A stretch of 62,839 nucleotides of DNA from Candidatus Gastranaerophilales bacterium (GTDB taxonomy: Bacteria > Cyanobacteriota > Vampirovibrionia > Gastranaerophilales > Gastranaerophilaceae). The notes below the pieces were generated by a model, which was not told the origin of the DNA, did not search any database, and saw only the letters and a list, made by a program, of their open reading frames with translations. The stretch lies in assembly GCA_944325565.1 (NCBI GenBank), contig CALVAT010000001.1:1-62839 (forward strand). Reading direction: 5' to 3'. Numbering within the stretch: position 1 is the stretch's first letter; each line of letters begins with the position of its first letter. Positions 37,450 to 46,821 of this stretch are shown here, one piece after another. Both the position numbers and the translations under genes were made by a program.

Positions 37450-38357
37450 AAACAACTTTTTTAACCAATAAGAAGGCAGCAGCACTACTGTCTATAATAT
37501 CAAATCTGTCACTAATTATTTTAAAACTTGTTACAGGATTCTTAACAGGCAGCGTAAGTATTATCTCAGAAGCGATTCATTCAGCCAGCGACCTGCTTGC
37601 TTCTTTTATTACATTTATTGCAGTAAACAAAGCAGATCAACCTGCGGACAGCGATCATCCTTTCGGGCACGGAAAATATGAAGATGTGGCCGGATTCATT
37701 GAGGGAAGCCTTATAATACTCGCCTCACTATATATTATTTATGAGGTTATAAAAAAACTAAGCGGAGAAGTTGAACCGGTAACAAACTCAGCAGCGGGCA
37801 TAACCGTTATGGGGATTTCTGTTGCTGTAAATATTGCCGTAAGCGCGTATCTATTCAAAGTAGCTCAAATCACTGATTCGATAGCAATACACTCTGATGC
37901 GCAGCATTTACGAACGGACATATTCTCATCACTAACAGTATTTGCAGGATTAATTGTAATAGAATTTAGCGGGCTACACATTTTAGATGCAATTATGGCA
38001 ACAATCGTAGCGATGATAATTATGAATACAGGCTATAAAATCTGTAAACAAACAATGAATGATATCCTTGACGGGTCATTGCCGCAAAAGGACGTTGAGC
38101 TTATCGATAATATTATAAAAAATCATATAAATCACGGAATCTCCGGAATAAAAGACATAAAGACAAGAAAATCAGGTAAAAACAAAGAAATCATAATGGT
38201 GCTGCTTGTTGACGGAAATATTACTGTTTCAAATGCCCACAATATTTGCGACATAATAGAAAATGAAATAGAAAAAGAACTGGGAAACACAAAAATCACA
38301 ATACATATCGAACCAGCTAAAACTATGGACAATTCTTGCCAAAAGCTTAACATATAA
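37446..38357 (+). CDS. Cation diffusion facilitator (CDF) family transporter
   Basis: Six TM segments, the SEAIHS..D motif, and H.RTD. Confidence 0.8.
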   Translation: MKTTFLTNKKAAALLSIISNLSLIILKLVTGFLTGSVSIISEAIHSASDLLASFITFIAVNKADQPADSDHPFGHGKYEDVAGFIEGSLIILASLYIIYEVIKKLSGEVEPVTNSAAGITVMGISVAVNIAVSAYLFKVAQITDSIAIHSDAQHLRTDIFSSLTVFAGLIVIEFSGLHILDAIMATIVAMIIMNTGYKICKQTMNDILDGSLPQKDVELIDNIIKNHINHGISGIKDIKTRKSGKNKEIIMVLLVDGNITVSNAHNICDIIENEIEKELGNTKITIHIEPAKTMDNSCQKLNI

Positions 38358-38370
38358 GTACAATTAACTT

Positions 38371-39447
38371 ATGAACAAGAAAAGTCTTCTACTAATTTTT
38401 ATAATCTCACTGGTTAGCGTAATCTACACGATAAATAACATTTGCTACCAGTATATTGATAAAAAAATAGACAACTATCTTATAAGCAAACAAAAAATAA
38501 GCATTATCAAAGAAAATACCCAACAAGCAAGAAAAATCGTTATCAATGAACATTCAAGATTGCTTATTACAATCGCAGCCGCAGCATTGACTTTTGCAGT
38601 TGTTATATCTGCAAACCAGTTTCAAACTCTGATTTTCATAATATTCTTCATTATTGCTTATTTTATTGCTTACAAAATTGCATTTGACCATAAAATATTA
38701 ATAAACCTGACAGGTACGCTTGCTTCAGTTGCAGTTTCGCTAATATTTGCAAAAACCTACAAATCCGTATTTAAAGAGAATGTTGATAAAAAAATAGAAA
38801 ACATACTCGGCAAATACATATCAAAGGATATAAAAAATAAAGTACTTAAAAATGAGTCTGCAACACAACTTGGAGGCAAAAGAGCCGAAATCACCATAAT
38901 GTTCGCGGATATACGCGGTTTTACAGCATTGTCAGAAACCAGAAAAGCAGAAGAAGTATCACTACTTTTGAATGAGTATTTCAGCGAGCTAGAACCAATA
39001 ATAACAAAATATAATGGAGTAATTAACAAATTTATAGGGGACGCTGTGCTTGTTGTATTCGGCGATCCCGCTGAAGACAAATACCATGCCAAAAATGCTG
39101 TAAAATGCGCTTATGAACTAAGAAACAGGGTTAAAGATATAAAACAGCGCTGGCTTGAAGAAGGCAAACCTAAAATAGATATAGGCATAGGCATAAATAC
39201 AGGTGAAGCTTTTATTGGGAACGTTGGAACAGAAAACCGCTTTGAATATACAGTAATAGGTGATACTGTTAATATAGCAAGCAGAATAGAAGACTATAAC
39301 AAAATATACAAAACACATATTCTGATAAGTGAAAATACCTACAACAAAATATCTCAAATAGTTGATGTTATAAAAATACGAGAGGTATCAATTAAAGGCA
39401 AAGCCAAAAAGATTAACATCTATGAAGTTCTTAGAATTACGGAATAA
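38371..39447 (+). CDS. Membrane-anchored class III adenylate/guanylate cyclase
   Basis: ITIMFADIRGFTALSE, KFIGDAV.VVFG and YTVIGDTVN.ASR catalytic blocks. Confidence 0.85.
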   Translation: MNKKSLLLIFIISLVSVIYTINNICYQYIDKKIDNYLISKQKISIIKENTQQARKIVINEHSRLLITIAAAALTFAVVISANQFQTLIFIIFFIIAYFIAYKIAFDHKILINLTGTLASVAVSLIFAKTYKSVFKENVDKKIENILGKYISKDIKNKVLKNESATQLGGKRAEITIMFADIRGFTALSETRKAEEVSLLLNEYFSELEPIITKYNGVINKFIGDAVLVVFGDPAEDKYHAKNAVKCAYELRNRVKDIKQRWLEEGKPKIDIGIGINTGEAFIGNVGTENRFEYTVIGDTVNIASRIEDYNKIYKTHILISENTYNKISQIVDVIKIREVSIKGKAKKINIYEVLRITE

Positions 39448-41846
39448 TGATAGAAAATATTCAACAAATAAGACAGGCCATCGAAGTCGAACAAAAAAAT
39501 CAATATATAGATATAAGGGGCAGACAGTCCAATTTTTCGGGATTTATTCTAAAACAATTACATAAAATATATAAAGAATCAAAAAAAAATCCCAAATGGC
39601 TTCTGCTTATAAAAGAGTTCGAAACTTACCAGCTATCCTCAATGCCGACAAGAAGAAAGTCTGTTCAAAGACTTGTATATACGCTTAGAGAAGAAATTTC
39701 AAATGACGGCGAAATAAAACAGACAGATTTGACACAAACGCTAAAAAATCCGGCAGAAACCAATGTAATATATATAAAAGGTGTGGGCCCAAGAATCGGT
39801 CACCTGCTCAACAGGTTAAATATATTTACAGCAAGAGATTTGCTCTTTTATTTCCCAAAACGACACATAGACTATTCATCAAGAACTCTTATAAAAGATA
39901 TAAAAGAAGGCGCCAATGTAACGGTAATAGGCACCATAAAATCAATAAGCGCCTATAACACAAAAAACAATCTCGGAATAATAAACATTACGGTAAATGA
40001 CGAAACCGGCATGATAAAGCTTAATTTCTTCTATGCCAAGGCAAATAAATTCCTGCTTGAAAGATACAAATCACAATTTATAAAGGGTTCTAATATAATA
40101 ATTTCCGGAAAAGCTAAAATAGACAAATACTCAGGAACATATACAATAGACAAGCCTGAATATCAGGTGCTTTCAGGAGAATTCGACAGTAAAAGCAATC
40201 TTAATATAGCGAGAATAGTTCCCGTCTATCAGCTTGTAGATGGATTAAGCATAAAAACACTGAGAAGAGCTATATTTAACGCACTTGAACAATATGAATC
40301 TTCAATAGAAAATGTAATTCCGCAGGATATAATGCAGCGAAATAATCTGCTTAACAGAAGCAAAGCACTAAGACAGATTCACTTTCCAGAGACAGAGGAA
40401 CTGCTGGAACACGCCAGATACACAATAGTATTTGAAGAATTTTTCCTTATGCAGCTTAAACTCGCTCTCATGAGGGAAACAAACAATAAAAACATAAAAG
40501 CACTTTCTCTTAAAATAAAAAAAGGCGGGCTTGTAGAAAAATTCAGGCAAAGTCTGCCGTTTGAATTGACTAACGCACAGGATAAAGCAATAAAAGAGAT
40601 TCTAAAAGATATAAGCTCTGAAAAGCCAATGCAAAGACTCTTGCAAGGAGATGTTGGCAGCGGCAAAACCGTAGTTGCCTGTATGATGCTTCTTTCTGCT
40701 ATAGAAAACGGATATCAGGGTGCGTTAATGGCTCCTACAGAAATTCTGGCACAACAACATTTTAACAACTTTGTAAGCTGGCTGACGCCTCTTGGAATAA
40801 GCGTAAGTCTATTTACAGGTACTAATGGAGCAAAAGTCCGTAAAAAGCTCGAGACTGACCTTAAAAACGGTCAAATAAATATTGCAATAGGAACACATGC
40901 ACTGATTCAGGATAACGTTGAATTTAGTAAACTGGGAGCTATTGTAATAGACGAACAGCACAGATTCGGTGTAAAACAACGTTCTCAGCTTATGGTTAAA
41001 GGCAAAAATCCTCAGGTACTAACAATGACGGCAACCCCGATACCTAGAACACTTGCACTTACTACGCAGGGGGATCTGGATTTTTCTGTAATAGATGAAA
41101 TGCCCAAAAACAGAAAACCCATAAAAACATACATAATAAAGCCGTCACAGAGAAATCAGGCATACAAAATGATGCGCAATGAAATATCAAACGGACATCA
41201 GTGTTATGTTGTATATCCGCTCATCGACGAAAGTGAAACACTGTCTGCAAAAGCCGCAACAATAGAAGCTGAAAGACTGAGCACTGAAGTATTTCCTGAT
41301 TTAAAGATAGGCCTGCTTCATGGAAAACTTTCCAATTCTGAAAAAGAAGAGGTAATGGAACAATTCAAAAACAAAGAATTTGACATCCTCGTGAGTACAA
41401 CAGTAGTTGAGGTAGGCGTAGACGTTCCGAATTCAACAGTAATGATGATAGAAAATGCAGAAAGGTTCGGCCTGTCACAGCTTCACCAGCTGAGAGGACG
41501 AGTCGGCCGTTCAGATTTGCAATCATACTGCCTGCTGGTGCCAGCTAACTCAAGCCAAACTACAATGGACAGGCTTAAAATAATGGAGCAGACAAACAAC
41601 GGTTTTATAATTTCAGAAAAAGACTTAGAACTGCGGGGCCCAGGGGAATTTCTCGGTACAAGACAAAGCGGTATGCTCAACTTCGCTCTCGCTGACATTA
41701 TAAAAGATACAAAAATCCTCGAACTTGCCCGTAAAGAAGCATTTGATTATGTAAAAGCCCACGAAGATACACCTGTAGAAAAAATACTATTAAATGAATT
41801 GGATGAAAAGTTTAAAACAATCCCAAATCTCTCAACACTTGATTAG
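39447..41846 (+). CDS. recG: ATP-dependent DNA helicase RecG
   Basis: OB wedge region, LTNAQ..AI.EI, GDVGSGKT, DEQHRFGV, QLHQLRGRVGR. Confidence 0.95.
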   Translation: MIENIQQIRQAIEVEQKNQYIDIRGRQSNFSGFILKQLHKIYKESKKNPKWLLLIKEFETYQLSSMPTRRKSVQRLVYTLREEISNDGEIKQTDLTQTLKNPAETNVIYIKGVGPRIGHLLNRLNIFTARDLLFYFPKRHIDYSSRTLIKDIKEGANVTVIGTIKSISAYNTKNNLGIINITVNDETGMIKLNFFYAKANKFLLERYKSQFIKGSNIIISGKAKIDKYSGTYTIDKPEYQVLSGEFDSKSNLNIARIVPVYQLVDGLSIKTLRRAIFNALEQYESSIENVIPQDIMQRNNLLNRSKALRQIHFPETEELLEHARYTIVFEEFFLMQLKLALMRETNNKNIKALSLKIKKGGLVEKFRQSLPFELTNAQDKAIKEILKDISSEKPMQRLLQGDVGSGKTVVACMMLLSAIENGYQGALMAPTEILAQQHFNNFVSWLTPLGISVSLFTGTNGAKVRKKLETDLKNGQINIAIGTHALIQDNVEFSKLGAIVIDEQHRFGVKQRSQLMVKGKNPQVLTMTATPIPRTLALTTQGDLDFSVIDEMPKNRKPIKTYIIKPSQRNQAYKMMRNEISNGHQCYVVYPLIDESETLSAKAATIEAERLSTEVFPDLKIGLLHGKLSNSEKEEVMEQFKNKEFDILVSTTVVEVGVDVPNSTVMMIENAERFGLSQLHQLRGRVGRSDLQSYCLLVPANSSQTTMDRLKIMEQTNNGFIISEKDLELRGPGEFLGTRQSGMLNFALADIIKDTKILELARKEAFDYVKAHEDTPVEKILLNELDEKFKTIPNLSTLD

Positions 41847-42102
41847 AGCGGGATGCTGATGAACTATTAATGGAATCTTTCATCTGTACAATGTATTCGG
41901 CATCAGCATATTTCTGCTTTGCTCTAACAAAGTTTTCAGCATTATTATGAGGCAACAGGCTGCGTAATCTAAAACCTACATCTATGTTATTAATTTTCAT
42001 TTTCTTCGGACCCCAATTCTAGCACACTAATTCTATACAAAAATATTGGTGTATAATAATATAAATTCATAAAAACAAAAAGACAATGGAGATTGCTAAA
42101 AT

Positions 42103-42633
42103 ATGGCAGATAAAATTATCATACTTTCTGGAAAGCAGTACAGCGGTAAGGATACAGCCGCAAAAATTTTGTTACAAAACTTAACAAATTTTAAAAGAAT
42201 AGGGCTCGGCGATGCAATAAAAATAGAATACGGCGAACAAAAAGGGCTCACTTTTGAAGAAATTGAACAAAACAAGGCTCAATACAGACAGGATTTAATT
42301 AACCTCGGCAACAAGCGCCGCAGTGAAGACAAAGACTACTGGATAAAAAAAGTAATAAAAATGCCAGGAAATATAATAGTTCCAGATGTGCGTGTTAAAA
42401 GAGAACTTGAATTTTTTAAAGAAGCTAATGCTATAACAATCCGCGTAGAAGCCAGCAGAGAAACAAGAGCGGCTAGAGGAAAATTAGTAGGCGAAACTGA
42501 TGTTACAGAAGTAGATTTAGATAACATAAAAGACTGGGACTACGTCATACATAACGACTCCACATATGAAAATTTGCAAGCTGAAACAATCAAGCTCGCA
42601 AAAGAAATAAATAATATTTTAATCAAAAAATAA
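42103..42633 (+). CDS. P-loop kinase resembling animal-type phosphomevalonate kinase (P-mevalo_kinase family)
   Basis: [10 protein letters not shown] P-loop plus colinear blocks that match my recollection of human PMVK (see finding). Confidence 0.5.
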   Translation: [176 protein letters not shown]

Positions 42634-42650
42634 GGAATGGTTGTCAGAAG

Positions 42651-42857
42651 TTAAATATAACTCTTCAGGTAATCATCAAATCCATAATCACCGTACTTAA
42701 AGGTATATGGCTGATAATTATATTCAGGAGTGCGATAAAGAGAATTACTTGCAATCATGAATATCTTATTATGAGAAAACAGTAAAGAACTCATTTCAGA
42801 GTACTCACACATCAATTCTTCCAGTTCATTTACACCATCAATGATCTTGTTAAGCAT
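42651..42857 (-). CDS. Hypothetical small protein (68 aa)
   Basis: ORF filling the gap between convergent and divergent neighbours. No motif recognised. Confidence 0.35.
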   Translation of the reverse strand: MLNKIIDGVNELEELMCEYSEMSSLLFSHNKIFMIASNSLYRTPEYNYQPYTFKYGDYGFDDYLKSYI

Positions 42858-42965
42858 TTAAATATCCCTTATTAAACTTCACATATTATTAATCGGATAT
42901 AATTAAACATAACTTTAGAAATTTTAATCAATAATTAACATATATTTACATAAAACGGAGCGACC

Positions 42966-43397
42966 ATGAACAAAAAAATTATTATAGGCAGCGACCACGC
43001 AGGATTTAATTTAAAAAATAAACTTATACAATTTATAGAAAATAAAGGTATTGAAATTGATGATGCGGGCACATATTCAACTGAATCCTGTGATTACCCT
43101 AAAATAGCAAAAGAAGTAGCTGAAAAAATATCCTCAAAAGAATATGAAAAAGGTATCCTTGTATGCGGAACAGGAATAGGCATGTCTATTGCTGCAAACA
43201 AAATAAAAGGCATCAGAGCAGCTGTCGTATCAGATACTTGTTCAGCAAAAATGTCAAGAATGCATAATAATTCTAATATATTATGTCTTGGAGAGAGAAT
43301 AGTAGGAGAAGAGCTTGCAAAAGACATAACAGAGATTTGGCTAAACACAGACTTTCTCGGTGAAAGACACGCACGCAGAGTTGATATGATTGAGTAA
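42966..43397 (+). CDS. rpiB: Ribose-5-phosphate isomerase B
   Basis: IGSDHAGF.LK, CDYP, LVCGTGIGMSIAANK, RHARRV. Confidence 0.95.
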   Translation: MNKKIIIGSDHAGFNLKNKLIQFIENKGIEIDDAGTYSTESCDYPKIAKEVAEKISSKEYEKGILVCGTGIGMSIAANKIKGIRAAVVSDTCSAKMSRMHNNSNILCLGERIVGEELAKDITEIWLNTDFLGERHARRVDMIE

Positions 43398-43403
43398 AAC
43401 AAC

Positions 43404-44288
43404 TTATCCCTGAGCAATCTTACTTACAGCAGCATCAACACTTGAAAAAGTCGGGATTAAAGTATCTAAAAATGCGTCCGCCAGAGCATCTCTAACAGAT
43501 TCAGATATCTTTACAAGCATGAATTTGCCGCCTTTTTCATTACACATCTTGTATAATGTGGTGAACACGTTTGTATACTCATCGTCAAATATTTTTACAT
43601 TTTCCATATTAAATATGATGTTAACCTGGCCTGTGTAAAGACTTGTTGTAACATCCTTTACAAGCATATCTATGTGCTTTTGGCCGTTAAATTTGTTAAT
43701 TGTATAGCAGCAAATATCATTATTTATAGAATATTTAAAGAAATCCTCATGCTGCTTAGAAGTGAGCGACGATGTGATATACTTCAATATCTGGTCATGC
43801 CAATTGCTGCTTTTTGGTACAAATTCATCTATACCTCTTTTGTAGCAGCGTTCAATTAAATCTTTATCATCAGTGCCGGACATAACTATTATTCTATTTG
43901 TCCTTTTAGCATCTCTTAATTTAATACATTCATCAATAAGTTCCATGCCATCCTCGGCATCAGGCAGGAACAGGTCGATTACAATGTAATCATATTTTTT
44001 CTTTTTCAATTCAGCAAGAGCTTCAGCTTTGGTTCTTGCAACAGTTGGAACAATGCCGACTTTCTTTAACAGCTGATTGAATTGATATATGGATAACTCC
44101 ATATCGTCAATAATTAATATATTGAACTCAGCAGGAATTGTTATAGAATCACCTGAAGAAAAGGATAAAAGTTTTCGCTCAATAGCAATAAGAGCCTTGG
44201 TAATATCATCAGAGGTTACTTCAAGCAAATTTATCTCTATACCGGCCATATCAAAGAGTTTTTTAAGCTGCTCTACATTTATATCCAT
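43404..44288 (-). CDS. Response regulator: N-terminal extension + REC domain + STAS-like (anti-sigma-antagonist-like) C-terminal domain
   Basis: REC blocks ILIIDD, YDYIVIDLFLPD, VMSG. The C-terminal ~100 aa has a SpoIIAA/STAS-like pattern. Confidence 0.7.
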   Translation of the reverse strand: MDINVEQLKKLFDMAGIEINLLEVTSDDITKALIAIERKLLSFSSGDSITIPAEFNILIIDDMELSIYQFNQLLKKVGIVPTVARTKAEALAELKKKKYDYIVIDLFLPDAEDGMELIDECIKLRDAKRTNRIIVMSGTDDKDLIERCYKRGIDEFVPKSSNWHDQILKYITSSLTSKQHEDFFKYSINNDICCYTINKFNGQKHIDMLVKDVTTSLYTGQVNIIFNMENVKIFDDEYTNVFTTLYKMCNEKGGKFMLVKISESVRDALADAFLDTLIPTFSSVDAAVSKIAQG

Positions 44289-44323
44289 TGCATAAAACCT
44301 ATCTAACTATCTATTAAATATTA

Positions 44324-45064
44324 CTATTTAAACTCTGAAATTACCTCATTCAAAAGTTTTAAATCTACTTTATTATTGCAATTTTTCATAAATTTATCAA
44401 ACAAATCTTTTCTCTTCTTGTAAGTAGCAATGAATTGCTGTTTTCTGCGCCAGAGAGCAATTTCCTGATGATTTCCATTCAACAAAACCTCAGGTACTCT
44501 ATACCCGCCGTACTCTCTTGGTTTTGTGTACTGCGGATATTCAAGCAAACCATCCGAAAATGAATCAAAATGTGCAGAATCAATCTTGCCTAAAACACCG
44601 TCTATATTTCTCGACACAGAATCAATAATACACATAGCAGGCAATTCCCCGCCTGTTAAAACGAAATCCCCGATTGAAACTTCTCTGGCTCCGGTATAAA
44701 GTTTAATTCTCTCATCAAAGCCTTCATAATGCCCGCATATTAATACAATATGTTTTTTTTGTGCAAGTTCAATACTCATTTGCTGATTAAAGGTCTCCCC
44801 CTGAGGAGAAAGCAAAATAACTTCAGATTCATCACTTTTTTCTAAAGAATCAAAACAATCAAAATACGGCTGGCACATTAAAACCATCCCGGCACCACCG
44901 CCGTATGGTGTATCATCAACCTTTTTATGCTTATCTTTAGTATAATCTCTGGGATTAATAGCATTCACAGATATTAAACCTGTTTCAATACCTCTGGCTA
45001 TTATGCTGTGAGAACACGCCTGATTAATCATTTCAGGAAAAAGTGTTAAAACATCAAATTTCAT
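44324..45064 (-). CDS. trmD: tRNA (guanine37-N1)-methyltransferase TrmD
   Basis: MKFDVLTLFPEM, CGHYEG.DER, GD.VL.GGE. Confidence 0.95.
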   Translation of the reverse strand: MKFDVLTLFPEMINQACSHSIIARGIETGLISVNAINPRDYTKDKHKKVDDTPYGGGAGMVLMCQPYFDCFDSLEKSDESEVILLSPQGETFNQQMSIELAQKKHIVLICGHYEGFDERIKLYTGAREVSIGDFVLTGGELPAMCIIDSVSRNIDGVLGKIDSAHFDSFSDGLLEYPQYTKPREYGGYRVPEVLLNGNHQEIALWRRKQQFIATYKKRKDLFDKFMKNCNNKVDLKLLNEVISEFK

Positions 45065-45603
45065 TGCTGATTACCCTGTGTTGTAAATAAAGATTCAATA
45101 CCATCCATCATATTTACAACAATCTTGCCATTTTCAATATCAACAACAGGCACCCATTCTTTAACAAATGGAACCATAAATTTTAAACCGTTAATCTTTT
45201 CTATTTCCAGAAGATTAGTTGCCTTATTTTCACCTACACCGCTAACAGTTCCGACCTTTTCCCCATCTGTGTCATAAACAATTAAACCTGACAAATCAGA
45301 TATAAGAAACTCGTCCGACTCAAGAGTTGACTTTAAAGCTTCTTCTGTAACATGGATAAGCAGCCCTTTAATAGCCATAACTTCATTTATTGAGTTAACC
45401 TGCTTAAATTTAATAATAGCAAAATTCTTATGAAATCTCACAGACTCTATATCATAAGCGATTTTAACATTATTTTGAAAAATAAAAACCTGACTCAAGG
45501 TTTTAAAAAGTGACTCTTTACCAGCACTAAATCCGACCTTTACCTCGCCTTTAATACCGTGAAAATTAAGAATTTTACCTATAGAAACTAACTTACTCAT
45601 CAC
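45061..45603 (-). CDS. rimM: 16S rRNA processing protein RimM
   Basis: IGKI...HGIKGEVKV N-terminus and a PRC barrel C-terminus. It overlaps trmD by 4 nt. Confidence 0.9.
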   Translation of the reverse strand: MMSKLVSIGKILNFHGIKGEVKVGFSAGKESLFKTLSQVFIFQNNVKIAYDIESVRFHKNFAIIKFKQVNSINEVMAIKGLLIHVTEEALKSTLESDEFLISDLSGLIVYDTDGEKVGTVSGVGENKATNLLEIEKINGLKFMVPFVKEWVPVVDIENGKIVVNMMDGIESLFTTQGNQQ

Positions 45604-46675
45604 TTTTTACAGCTTCTGTCGTTTCTTCAGCAGATTCAGAAGCCTTTTTTCTGCCTCTTTTTTTGGGCTTTTCTTCAACAGCCTCTGCAGACTCAGGCGC
45701 CTCTGATACAGTTTTTTCTTCAACTGCATCTTGTTCAGCAGGCTTTGCTTGTTGCTTAAATTCAGCAGGAGCATCTTCTCGCTCTGGATTCCATCTATCT
45801 AAACCAAGCTGTTTTCTAATTAAACCAATACCAACATGTACACGCCATTCATCAATTTTAAGTTGGCTTGCAATAATTTTATGACAGCCTATAGGAGGCA
45901 ACGGCAATAATGGTTCATAAAGCATTTTTATTGCTGCCAACTGATCTGGAGAAACAGCAAGCTTACGTTTTGGATAAGGAAGCTTCGGCAGCATAAGTTT
46001 TTGTCTTACGAGATTTATACCGAAGAACACCTTTCTTGCCTCGAGTCCGATTTGTTCACCAATAACTTCGTGAGCGTCCGGATTTGGCAAAGGCAGCATT
46101 TTTTTATACAATTCTTCAATTTGAAGAAGCTGTTCTTTATTGACAAGCAGCTGTTTTGGCGGTCTATTTTGAGGCCTTGCGGGTTTTCTTCCACCCATAG
46201 GCGGTCTGTTTCCCTGAGGACGTTGAGGTCTTTGATATCCGCCTTGAGGACGATTATACCCGCCCTGTGGTCTTTGATATCCACCCTGATTATAATTTCT
46301 TTGCCCGCCATCGCGATCGTATGGACGTCTATTATACCCGCCCTGCAGAGGTCTTTGATATCCACTCTGAGGTCTGCTGTAAGCACCCTGTTGAGGTCTT
46401 TGATATCCGCCACTATAATTTCTTTGATTATCATATCTGGGTCTATCTTGTTGATAAGGACGCTGATAAGAATTATCAGAAGAATATCCACCCGCACTAT
46501 AAGCAGCAGGTCTTTCATAAGACGAACCCTGTTGATTTTGAGAACTATCACCGTAATCAGAACCACCTTCTGAATCAGGTTTCTTATCGGGATATAAACA
46601 ATTTGGACAAATTACCCTTTTTGGGTTTTTAGTTTCGAATTCCGCTCCACATTTAGTACACTTATTTACATACAT
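45593..46675 (-). CDS. Zinc-ribbon protein with (G)GYQRP/RGG-like low-complexity region and duplicated ~50-aa C-terminal domain
   Basis: CTKCG...CPNC, then ~130 aa rich in G/Y/Q/R/P, then two homologous segments (LLQIEELYKKMLPLP... and LAAIKMLYEPLLPLP...). It overlaps the rimM start by 11 nt. Confidence 0.7.
   Translation of the reverse strand: MYVNKCTKCGAEFETKNPKRVICPNCLYPDKKPDSEGGSDYGDSSQNQQGSSYERPAAYSAGGYSSDNSYQRPYQQDRPRYDNQRNYSGGYQRPQQGAYSRPQSGYQRPLQGGYNRRPYDRDGGQRNYNQGGYQRPQGGYNRPQGGYQRPQRPQGNRPPMGGRKPARPQNRPPKQLLVNKEQLLQIEELYKKMLPLPNPDAHEVIGEQIGLEARKVFFGINLVRQKLMLPKLPYPKRKLAVSPDQLAAIKMLYEPLLPLPPIGCHKIIASQLKIDEWRVHVGIGLIRKQLGLDRWNPEREDAPAEFKQQAKPAEQDAVEEKTVSEAPESAEAVEEKPKKRGRKKASESAEETTEAVKSDE
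46227..46408. repeat. Degenerate in-gene tandem repeat (14-mer GGTCTTTGATATCC x4 = GYQRP codons)
   Basis: Copies start at 46227, 46269, 46350 and 46395. This explains the spurious overlapping ORFs on both strands. Confidence 0.8.
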
Positions 46676-46821
46676 TTTTGACTACCCTTTGAAGTAAAAG
46701 GCGAAAGGCTATTAAAAAAATTTAGCTCCTCGACATCTTATTATTTTAAAATTCTAATATCTTATTTTATTTTATATGCAAAGATAATATTAGGCAAGCT
46801 TTTTTACAAATATAGCACTTA

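Noticed and set aside
41812-42000. 62-aa minus-strand ORF overlapping the recG stop by 35 nt
   Set aside because: No RBS or motif was found, and it overlaps a convergent well-supported gene. The region also holds a 9-bp inverted repeat (ATGCTGATG...CATCAGCAT). It may be real, but I cannot support it.
46001-46632. Three long ORFs (190, 183 and 121 aa) overlapping the 45593-46675 gene on both strands
   Set aside because: They arise from the degenerate tandem repeat, produce repetitive I/R/S/L-rich nonsense and lack RBS or context. The minus-strand 360-aa frame has a Zn ribbon and a structured C-terminal half.
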